From the human T2T-CHM13v2.0 reference genome, Homo sapiens: 64,000 nucleotides of DNA. Numbering within the stretch: position 1 is the stretch's first letter; each line of letters begins with the position of its first letter. The notes under the pieces were generated by a model. That model saw only the letters and a program-made list of their open reading frames with translations. It was not told where the DNA came from and ran no database searches. Positions 29,201-40,900 of this stretch are shown here, in pieces. The translations under genes were made by a program, and so were the position numbers. The DNA lies in the NCBI RefSeq assembly GCF_009914755.1, contig NC_060943.1; one strand, given 5' to 3'.

Positions 29201-32200
29201 GTTTTGAAAACCTCTTTCTGTAGAATCTGCAAGTGGATATTCGGACCACTTTGAGGCCTTCATAGGAAACAGTAATATCTTCACATAAAAACTAGATAGA
29301 AGCATTGTCAGAAAGTTCTTTGTGATGTGTGAATTCAACTCACAGAGTTGAACCTTCCTTTAATAGAGCAGTTTTGAAACACTCTTTTTCTAGAATCTGC
29401 AAGTAGATATTTGGAGCGCTTTGAGGCCTTCGTTGGAAACCGGAATATCTTCACAGGAAAAGTAGATAGAGGCATTCTCAGAAACATTTTTGTGATATGT
29501 AGATTCAACTCACAGCGTTGAACCTTTCTTTGCATGGAGCAGTTTTGAAAAACTCTTTTATCGAATCTGCAGGTAGACATTTGGGGTGCTTTGAGGGCTC
29601 TGGTGCAAAAGGAAAATTCTTCCCATAGAAACTAGACTGAAGCATTCTCAGCAACTTCTTTGTGACGTTTGCATTCATCTCACAGTGTTGTACATACCTT
29701 TCCATCGAGTACTTTTGAAACACTGTTTTTGTAGAATCTGCAAGTGGATATTTGGACTGCTTTGAGGCCTTCATCGGAAACGGGAATATCTTCACATAAA
29801 CACTAGAGAGAAGCATTCTCAGAAACTTCTTTGTCATCTGTCCATTCAACTCACAGAGTTGAACCTTCCTTATTCTGGAGCAGTTTTGAAACACTCTTTT
29901 TGGAGAATCTGCAAGTGGATATTTGGAGCGCTTTGAGGCCTATGGTAGAAAAAGAAATATCTGCCCCTAAACACCAGACAGAAGCATTCCGAGAAACTTC
30001 TTTGTGATGTTTGCATTCAACTAGCAGAGTTGAACCTTCCTTTTGATAGGGCAGTTTGGAAACACTCTTTTTGTAGAATCTGCATGTGGATATCTGGAGC
30101 GGTTTGAGGCCTACGGTCAAAAAGGAAATATCTTCCTGGGAAAAATAGACGAAAGCATTCTCAGAAACTGCTTTGTGATATGTGCATTCGACTCACCGAG
30201 TTGAAACTTTTTTTTGATAGAGCAGTTTTGAAACACTCTGTAGAATCTGAAAGTGGATATTTGGAGCTCTTTGAGGGCTATGGCGGAAAAGAAAATATAT
30301 TCACATTAAACTAGAGAGGAGCATTCTCAGAAACCTCTTTAGGATGTTTGCAGTAAACTCACAGAGTTGAACATACCTTTCCTTAGAGCAGTTTTGAAAC
30401 ACTCTGTTTGTGGGATCCGCAAGTGGATATTTGGACCGCTTTGAGACCTTTGCTGGAAATGGGAATATCTTCACATATAAACTAGACAGAAGCATTCTCA
30501 GAAACTTCTTCGTGATGTGTGCATTCTCCTCCCGAATTTGAATCTTCCTTTTCATGAAGCAGTTTTGAAACACTCTGTTTGTGCAATCCACAATTGGATA
30601 ATTGGAACGCTTTGATGCCCATGGTAGAAAAGGAAATATCCTCATATAAAAACTAGACAGAAGGATTCACAGAAAATGTTTTGTGATGTGGGCATTCAAA
30701 TCACGGAGTTGAATCTTTCTTTTGTTAGAGCAGTTTTGAAACACTGTTTCTGTGGAATCTGCCAGCAGACACTTGGAGCGCTTTGAGGGCTGTGGTGGAG
30801 AAGGAAATATCTTCCCATAAAAACTAGAAAGAAGCATTCTCAGAAACATTTATGTGAAGCGTGCATTCAACTCACAGAGTTGAACCTTCCTTTTGATACA
30901 ACAGTTTTGAAACACTCTTTTGAACAATTGCAGGTGAATCTTTGGAGCGCTTTGAAGCCTTTGTTGGAAATGGGAATATCTTCACACACAAACTAGCCAG
31001 AAGCATTCCCAGAAACTTCTTTGTGATGTGTGCGTTGAACCCAGAGAGATGAACCTTTCCTTTGATAGAGCAGTTTTGAAACGTGTTTTTGTAAGATCGG
31101 CAAGCGGATAATTGGCTTCGCTTTGTGTCCTTTGGTGGAAACGGGAATATCTTCTAATAAAAACTAGACAGAAATATTCTCAGAATCTCCTTTGTGATGT
31201 GGGCATTCAACTAACACAGTTGAACATTTCTTTTCACAGAGCAGTTTTGAAACACTCTTTTGGTAGAATCTGCCAGTGGATATTTGGAGCGCTTGGAGGG
31301 CTATTGTGCCAATGGAAATATCTGCCCCTAAAAACTAGACAGAAGCATTCTCAGAAACTACTTCGTGATGTTTGCATTCAACTCACAGAGTTGAACATAC
31401 CTCTTCATAGAGCAGTTTTGAAAACCTCTTTCTGTAGAATCTGCAAGTGGATATTCGGACCACTTTGAGGCCTTCATAGGAAACAGTAATATCTTCACAT
31501 AAAAACTAGATAGAAGCATTGTCAGAAAGTTCTTGGTGATGTGTGAATTAAACTCACAGAGTTGAACCTTCCTTTAATAGAGCAGTTTTGAAACACTCTT
31601 TTTCTAGAATCTGCAAGTAGATATTTGGAGCGCTTTGAGGCCTTCGTTGGAAACCGGAATATCTTCACAGGAAAAGTAGATAGAGGCATTCTCAGAAACA
31701 TTTTTGTGATATGTAGATTCAACTCACAGCGTTGAACCTTTCTTTGGATGGAGCAGTTTTGAAAAACTCTTTTATCGAATCTGCAGGTAGACATTTGGGG
31801 TGCTTTGAGGGCTCTGGTGCAAAAGGAAAAGTCTTCCCATAGAAACTAGACTGAAGCATTCTCAGCAACTTCTTTGTGACGTTTGCATTCATCTCACAGT
31901 GTTGAACATACCTTTCCATCGAGTACTTTTGAAACACTGTTTTTGTAGAATCTGCAAGTGGATATTTGGACTGCTTTGAGGCCTTCATCGGAAACGGGAA
32001 TATCTTCACATAAACACTAGAGAGAAGCATTCTCAGAAACTTCTTTGTCATCTGTCCATTCAACTCACAGAGTTGAACCTTACTTTTTCTGGAGCAGTTT
32101 TGAAACACTCTTTTTGGAGAATCTGCAAGTGGATATTTGGAGCGCTTTGAGGCCTATGGTAGAAAAAGAAATATCTGCCCCTAATCACCAGACAGAAGCA

Positions 32201-35200
32201 TTCCGAGAAACTTCTTTGAGATGTTTGCATTCAACTAGCAGAGTTGAACCTTCCTTTTGATAGGGCAGTTTGGAAACACTCTTTTTGTAGAATCTGCATG
32301 TGGATATCTGGAGCGGTTTGAGGCCTACGGTCAAAAAGGAAATATCTTCCTGGGAAAAATAGACGAAAGCATTCTCAGAAACTGCTTTGTGATATGTGCA
32401 TTCGACTCACCGAGTTGAAACTTTTTTTTGATAGAGCAGTTTTGAAACACTCTGTAGAATCTGAAAGTGGATATTTGGAGCTCTTTGAGGGCTATGGCGG
32501 AAAAGAAAATATATTCACATTAAACTAGAGAGGAGCATTCTCAGAAACCTCTTTAGGATGTTTGCAGTAAACTCACAGAGTTGAACATACCTTTCCGTAG
32601 AGCAGTTTTGAAACACTCTGTTTGTGGGATCCGCAAGTGGATATTTGGACCGCTTTGAGACCTTTGCTGGAAATGGGAATATCTTCACATATAAACTAGA
32701 CAGAAGCATTCTCAGAAACTTCTTCGTGATGTGTGCATTCTCCTCCCGAATTTGAATCTTCTTTTTCATGAAGCAGTTTTGAAACACTCTGTTTGTGCAA
32801 TCCACAATTGGATAATTGGAACGCTTTGATGCCCATGGTAGAAAAGGAAATATCCTCATATAAAAACTAGACAGAAGGATTCACAGAAAATGCTTTGTGA
32901 AGTGTGCATTCAAATCACGGAGTTGAATCTTTCTTTTGTTAGAGCAGTTTTGAAACACTGTTTCTGTGGAATCTGCCAGCGGACACTTGGAGCGCTTTGA
33001 GGGCTGTGGTGGAGAAGGAAATATCTTCCCATAAAAACTAGAAAGAAGCATTCTCAGAAACATTTATGTGAAGCGTGCATTCAACTCACAGAGTTGAACC
33101 TTCCTTTTGATACAACAGTTTTGAAACACTCTTTTGAACAATTGCAGGTGAATCTTTGGAGCGCTTTGAAGCCTTTGTTGGAAATGGGAATATCTTCACA
33201 CACAAACTAGCCAGAAGCATTCCCAGAAACTTCTTTGTGATGTGTGCGTTGAACCCAGAGAGATGAACCTTTCCTTTGATAGAGCAGTTTTGAAACGTGT
33301 TTTTGTAAGATCGGCAAGCGGATAATTGGCTTCGCTTTGTGTCCTTTGGTGGAAACGGGAATATCTTCTAATAAAAACTAGACAGAAATATTCTCAGAAT
33401 CTCCTTTGTGATGTGGGCATTCAACTAACACAGTTGAACATTTCTTTTCACAGAGCAGTTTTGAAACACTCTTTTGGTAGAATCTGCCAGTGGATATTTG
33501 GAGCGCTTGGAGGGCTATTGTGCCAATGGAAATATCTGCCCCTAAAAACTAGACAGAAGCATTCTCAGAAACTACTTCGTGATGTTCGCATTCAACTCAC
33601 AGAGTTGAACATACCTCTTCATAGAGCAGATTTGAAAACCTCTTTCTGTAGAATCTGCAAGTGGATATTCGGACCACTTTGAGGCCTTCATAGGAAACAG
33701 TAATATCTTCACATAAAAACTAGATAGAAGCATTGTCAGAAAGTTGTTGGTGATGTGTGAATTCAACTCACAGAGTTGAACCTTCCTTTAATAGAGCAGT
33801 TTTGAAACACTCTTTTTCTAGAATCTGCAAGTAGATATTTGGAGCGCTTTGAGGCCTTCGTTGGAAACCGGAATATCTTCACAGGAAAAGTAGATAGAGG
33901 CATTCTCAGAAACTTTTTTGTGATATGTAGATTCAACTCACAGCGTTGAACCTTTCTTTGCATGGAGCAGTTTTGAAAAACTCTTTTATCGAATCTGCAG
34001 GTAGACATTTGGGGTGCTTTGAGGGCTCTGGTGCAAAAGGAAAAGTCTTCCCATAGAAACTAGACTGAAGCATTCTCAGCAACTTCTTTGTGACGTTTGC
34101 ATTCATCTCACAGTGTTGAACATACCTTTCCATCGAGTACTTTTGAAACACTGTTTTTGTAGAATCTGCAAGTGGATATTTGGACTGCTTTGAGGCCTTC
34201 ATCGGAAACGGGAATATCTTCACATAAACACTAGAGAGAAGCATTCTCAGAAACTTCTTTGTCATCTGTCCATTCAACTCACAGAGTTGAACCTTCCTTA
34301 TTCTGGAGCAGTTTTGAAACACTCTTTTTGGAGAATCTGCAAGTGGATATTTGGAGCGCTTTGAGGCCTATGGTAGAAAAAGAAATATCTGCCCCTAAAC
34401 ACCAGACAGAAGCATTCCGAGAAACTTCTTTGTGATGTTTGCATTCAACTAGCAGAGTTGAACCTTCCTTTTGATAGGGCAGTTTGGAAACACTCTTTTT
34501 GTAGAATCTGCATGTGGATATCTGGAGCGGTTTGAGGCCTACGGTCAAAAAGGAAATATCTTCCTGGGAAAAATAGACGAAAGCATTCTCAGAAACTGCT
34601 TTGTGATATGTGCATTCGACTCACCGAGTTGAAACTTTTTTTTGATAGAGCAGTTTTGAAACACTCTGTAGAATCTGAAAGTGGATATTTGGAGCTCTTT
34701 GAGGGCTATGGCGGAAAAGAAAATATATTCACATTAAACTAGAGAGGAGCATTCTCAGAAACCTCTTTAGGATGTTTGCAGTAAACTCACAGAGTTGAAC
34801 ATACCTTTCCGTAGAGCAGTTTTGAAACACTCTGTTTGTGGGATCCGCAAGTGGATATTTGGACCGCTTTGAGACCTTTGCTGGAAATGGGAATATCTTC
34901 ACATATAAACTAGACAGAAGCATTCTCAGAAACTTCTTCATGATGTGTGCATTCTCCTCCCGAATTTGAATCTTCCTTTTCATGAAGCAGTTTTGAAACA
35001 CTCTGTTTGTGCAATCCACAATTGGATAATTGGAACGCTTTGATGCCCATGGTAGAAAAGGAAATATCCTCATATAAAAACTAGACAGAAGGATTCACAG
35101 AAAATGCTTTGTGATGTGTGCACTCAAATCACGGAGTTGAATCTTTCTTTTGTTAGAGCAGTTTTGAAACACTGTTTCTGTGGAATCTGCCAGCGGACAC

Positions 35201-38200
35201 TTGGAGCGCTTTGAGGGCTGTGGTGGAGAAGGAAATATCTTCCCATAAAAACTAGAAAGAAGCATTCTCAGAAACATTTATGTGAAGCGTGCATTCAACT
35301 CACAGAGTTGAACCTTCCTTTTGATACAACAGTTTTGAAACACTCTTTTGAACAATTGCAGGTGAATCTTTGGAGCGCTTTGAAGCCTTTGTTGGAAATG
35401 GGAATATCTTCACACACAAACTAGCCAGAAGCATTCCCAGAAATTTCTTTGTGATGTGTGCGTTGAACCCAGAGAGATGAACCTTTCCTTTGATAGAGCA
35501 GTTTTGAAACGTGTTTTTGTAAGATCGGCAAGCGGATAATTGGCTTCGCTTTGTGTCCTTTGGTGGAAACGGGAATATCTTCTAATAAAAACTAGACAGA
35601 AATATTCTCAGAATCTCCTTTGTGATGTGGGCATTCAACTAACACAGTTGAACATTTCTTTTCACAGAGCAGTTTTGAAACACTCTTTTGGTAGAATCTG
35701 CCAGTGGATATTTGGAGCGCTTGGAGGGCTATTGTGCCAATGGAAATATCTGCCCCTAAAAACTAGACAGAAGCATTCTCAGAAACTACTTCGTGATGTT
35801 TGCATTCAACTCACAGAGTTGAACATACCTCTTCATAGAGCAGTTTTGAAAACCTCTTTCTGTAGAATCTGCAAGTGGATATTCGGACCACTTTGAGGCC
35901 TTCATAGGAAACAGTAATATCTTCACATAAAAACTAGATAGAAGCATTGTCAGAAGGTTCTTGGTGATGTGTGAATTCAACTCACAGAGTTGAACCTTCC
36001 TTTAATAGAGCAGTTTTGAAACACTCTTTTTCTAGAATCTGCAAGTAGATATTTGGAGCGCTTTGAGGCCTTCGTTGGAAACCGGAATATCTTCACAGGA
36101 AAAGTAGATAGAGGCATTCTCAGAAACTTTTTTGTGATATGTAGATTCAACTCACAGCGTTGAACCTTTCTTTGGATGGAGCAGTTTTGAAAAACTCTTT
36201 TATCGAATCTGCAGGTAGACATTTGGGGTGCTTTGAGGGCTCTGGTGCAAAAGGAAAAGTCTTCCCATAGAAACTAGACTGAAGCATTCTCAGCAACTTC
36301 TTTGTGACGTTTGCATTCATCTCACAGTGTTGAACATACCTTTCCATCGAGTACTTTTGAAACACTGTTTTTGTAGAATCTGCAAGTGGATATTTGGACT
36401 GCTTTGAGGCCTTCATCGGAAACGGGAATATCTTCACATAAACACTAGAGAGAAGCATTCTCAGAAACTTCTTTGTCATCTGTCCATTCAACTCACAGAG
36501 TTGAACCTTCCTTTTTCTGGAGCAGTTTTGAAACACTCTTTTTGGAGAATCTGCAAGTGGATATTTGGAGCGCTTTGAGGCCTATGGTAGAAAAAGAAAT
36601 ATCTGCCCCTAAACACCAGACAGAAGCATTCCGAGAAACTTCTTTGTGATGTTTGCATTCAACTAGCAGAGTTGAACCTTTCTTTTGATAGGGCAGTTTG
36701 GAAAAACTCTTTTTGTAGAATCTGCATGTGGATATCTGGAGCGGTTTGAGGCCTACAGTCAAAAAGGAAATATCTTCCTGGGAAAAATAGACGAAAGCAT
36801 TCTCAGAAACTGCTTTGTGATATGGGCATTCGACTCACCGAGTTGAAACTTTTTTTTGATAGAGCAGTTTTGAAACACTCTGTAGAATCTGAAAGTGGAT
36901 ATTTGGAGCTCTTTGAGGGCTATGGCGGAAAAGAAAATATATTCACATTAAACTAGAGAGGAGCATTCTCAGAAACCTCTTTAGGATGTTTGCAGTAAAC
37001 TCACAGAGTTGAACATACCTTTCCGTAGAGCAGTTTTGAAACACTCTGTTTGTGGGATCCGCAAGTGGATATTTGGACCGCTTTGAGACCTTTGCTGGAA
37101 ATGGGAATATCTTCACATATAAACTAGACAGAAGCATTCTCAGAAACTTCTTCGTGATGTGTGCATTCTCCTCCCGAATTTGAATCTTCCTTTTCATGAA
37201 GCAGTTTTGAAACACTCTGTTTGTGCAATCCACAATTGGATAATTGGAACGCTTTGATGCCCATGGTAGAAAAGGAAATATCCTCATATAAAAACTAGAC
37301 AGAAGGATTCACAGAAAATGCTTTGTGATGTGTGCATTCAAATCACGGAGTTGAATCTTTCTTTTGTTAGAGCAGTTTTGAAACACTGTTTCTGTGGAAT
37401 CTGCCAGCGGACACTTGGAGCGCTTTGAGGGCTGTGGTGGAGAAGGAAATATCTTCCCATAAAAACTAGAAAGAAGCATTCTCAGAAACATTTATGTGAA
37501 GCGTGCATTCAACTCACAGAGTTGAACCTTCCTTTTGATAGAACAGTTTTGAAACACTCTTTTGAACAATTGCAGGTGAATCTTTGGAGCGCTTTGAAGC
37601 CTTTGTTGGAAATGGGAATATCTTCACACACAAACTAGCCAGAAGCATTCCCAGAAACTTCTTTGTGATGTGTGCGTTGAACCCAGAGAGATGAACCTTT
37701 CCTTTGATAGAGCAGTTTTGAAACGTGTTTTTGTAAGATCTGCAAGCGGATAATTGGCTTTGCTTTGTGTCCCTTGGTGAAAACGGGAATATCTTCTAAT
37801 AAAAACTAGACAGAAATATTCTCAGAATCTCCTTTGTGATGTGGGCATTCAACTAACACAGTTGAACATTTCTTTTCACAGAGCAGTTTTGAAACACTCT
37901 TTTGGTAGAATCTGCCAGTGGATATTTGGAGCGCTTGGAGGGCTATTGTGCCAATGGAAATATCTGCCCCTAAAAACTAGACAGAAGCATTCTCAGAAAC
38001 TACTTCGTGATGTTTGCATTCAACTCACAGAGTTGAACATACCTCTTCATAGAGCAGTTTTGAAAACCTCTTTCTGTAGAATCTGTAAGTGGATATTCGG
38101 ACCACTTTGAGGCCTTCATAGGAAACAGTAATATCTTCACATAAAAACTAGATAGAAGCATTGTCAGAAGGTTCTTGGTGATGCGTGAATTCAACTCACA

Positions 38201-40900
38201 GAGTTGAACCTTCCTTTAATAGAGCAGTTTTGAAACACTCTTTTTCTAGAATCTGCAAGTAGATATTTGGAGCGCTTTGAGGCCTTCGTTGGAAACCGGA
38301 ATATCTTCACAGGAAAAGTAGATAGAGGCATTCTCAGAAACTTTTTTGTGATATGTAGATTCAACTCACAGCGTTGAACCTTTCTTTGGATGGAGGAGTT
38401 TTGAAAAACTCTTTTATCGAATCTGCAGGTAGACATTTGGGGTGCTTTGAGGGCTCTGGTGCAAAAGGAAAAGTCTTCCCATAGAAACTAGACTGAAGCA
38501 TTCTCAGCAACTTCTTTGTGACGTTTGCATTCATCTCACAGTGTTGAACATACCTTTCCATCGAGTACTTTTGAAACACTGTTTTTGTAGAATCTGCAAG
38601 TGGATATTTGGACTGCTTTGAGGCCTTCATCGGAAACGGGAATATCTTCACATAAACACTAGAGAGAAGCATTCTCAGAAACTTCTTTGTCATCTGTCCA
38701 TTCAACTCACAGAGTTGAACCTTCCTTTTTCTGGAGCAGTTTTGAAACACTCTTTTTGGAGAATCTGCAAGTGGATATTTGGAGCGCTTTGAGGCCTATG
38801 GTAGAAAAAGAAATATCTGCCCCTAAACACCAGACAGAAGCATTCCGAGAAACTTCTTTGTGATGTTTGCATTCAACTAGCAGAGTTGAACCTTTCTTTT
38901 GATAGGGCAGTTTGGAAACACTCTTTTTGTAGAATCTGCATGTGGATATCTGGAGCGGTTTGAGGCCTACGGTCAAAAAGGAAATATCTTCCTGGGAAAA
39001 ATAGACGAAAGCATTCTCAGAAACTGCTTTGTGATATGGGCATTCGACTCACCGAGTTGAAACTTTTTTTTGATAGAGCAGTTTTGAAACACTCTGTAGA
39101 ATCTGAAAGTGGATATTTGGAGCTCTTTGAGGGCTATGGCGGAAAAGAAAATATATTCACATTAAACTAGAGAGGAGCATTCTCAGAAACCTCTTTAGGA
39201 TGTTTGCAGTAAACTCACAGAGTTGAACATACCTTTCCGTAGAGCAGTTTTGAAACACTCTGTTTGTGGGATCCGCAAGTGGATATTTGGACCGCTTTGA
39301 GACCTTTGCTGGAAATGGGAATATCTTCACATATAAACTAGACAGAAGCATTCTCAGAAACTTCTTCGTGATGTGTGCATTCTCCTCCCGAATTTGAATC
39401 TTCCTTTTCATGAAGCAGTTTTGAAACACTCTGTTTGTGCAATCCACAATTGGATAATTGGAACGCTTTGATGCCCATGGTAGAAAAGGAAATATCCTCA
39501 TATAAAAACTAGACAGAAGGATTCACAGAAAATGCTTTGTGATGTGTGCATTCAAATCACGGAGTTGAATCTTTCTTTTGTTAGAGCAGTTTTGAAACAC
39601 TGTTTCTGTGGAATCTGCCAGCGGACACTTGGAGCGCTTTGAGGGCTGTGGTGGAGAAGGAAATATCTTCCCATAAAAACTAGAAAGAAGCATTCTCAGA
39701 AACATTTATGTGAAGCGTGCATTCAACTCACAGAGTTGAACCTTCCTTTTGATAGAAGAGTTTTGAAACACTCTTTTGAACAATTGCAGGTGAATCTTTG
39801 GAGCGCTTTGAAGCCTTTGTTGGAAATGGGAATATCTTCACACACAAACTAGCCAGAAGTATTCCCAGAAACTTCTTTGTGATGTGTGCGTTGAACCCAG
39901 AGAGATGAACCTTTCCTTTGATAGAGCAGTTTTGAAACGTGTTTTTGTAAGATCTGCAAGCGGATAATTGGCTTTGCTTTGTGTCCCTTGGTGGAAACGG
40001 GAATATCTTCTAATAAAAACTAGACAGAAATATTCTCAGAATCTCCTTTGTGATGTGGGCATTCAACTAACACAGTTGAACATTTCTTTTCACAGAGCAG
40101 TTTTGAAACACTCTTTTGGTAGAATCTGCCAGTGGATATTTGGAGCGCTTGGAGGGCTATTGTGCCAATGGAAATATCTGCCCCTAAAAACTAGACAGAA
40201 GCATTCTCAGAAACTACTTCGTGATGTTTGCATTCAACTCACAGAGTTGAACATACCTCTTCATAGAGCAGTTTTGAAAACCTCTTTCTGTAGAATCTGC
40301 AAGTGGATATTCGGACCACTTTGAGGCCTTCATAGGAAACAGTAATATCTTCACATAAAAACTAGATAGAAGCATTGTCAGAAAGTTCTTTGTGATGCGT
40401 GAATTCAACTCACAGAGTTGAACCTTCCTTTAATAGAGCAGTTTTGAAACACTCTTTTTCTAGAATCTGCAAGTAGATATTTGGAGCGCTTTGAGGCCTT
40501 CGTTGGAAACCGGAATATCTTCAAAGGAAAAGTAGATAGAGGCATTCTCAGAAACTTTTTTGTGATATGTAGATTCAACTCACAGCGTTGAACCTTTCTT
40601 TGGATGGAGCAGTTTTGAAAAACTCTTTTATCGAATCTGCAGGTAGACATTTGGGGTGCTTTGAGGGCTCTGGTGCAAAAGGAAAAGTCTTCCCATAGAA
40701 ACTAGACTGAAGCATTCTCAGCAACTTCTTTGTGACGTTTGCATTCATCTCACAGTGTTGAACATACCTTTCCATAGAGTACTTTTGAAACACTGTTTTT
40801 GTAGAATCTGCAAGTGGATATTTGGACTGCTTTGAGGCCTTCATCGGAAACGGGAATATCTTCACATAAACACTAGAGAGAAGCATTCTCAGAAGCTTCT

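Larger units (their letters stand above)
1..40900 (+). repeat. Homogeneous alpha-satellite HOR array, 13-mer, 2,214-bp period, ~18.5 copies (SF5-like; probably the chr5/chr19 13-mer)
   Basis: ~171-bp monomers carry alphoid hallmarks (aagcattctcagaaac, cagttttgaaacactc, tagaatctgcaagtggatatttgg). HOR starts are at 7, 2221, 4435, 6649, 8863, 11077, 13291, 15505, 17719, 19932, 22146, 24360, 26573, 28787, 31001, 33215, 35429, 37643 and 39857. The ORF track recurs at +2214, with 1-bp deletions near 17,838 and 25,443. The right boundary is approximate. The chromosome assignment is recalled from HOR size and type. Confidence 0.97.

Noticed and set aside
1-40900. Active kinetochore-forming centromere core
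   Set aside because: No intact CENP-B boxes were seen and the organisation is SF5-like, which fits an inactive pericentromeric HOR. Function cannot be proven from sequence alone.
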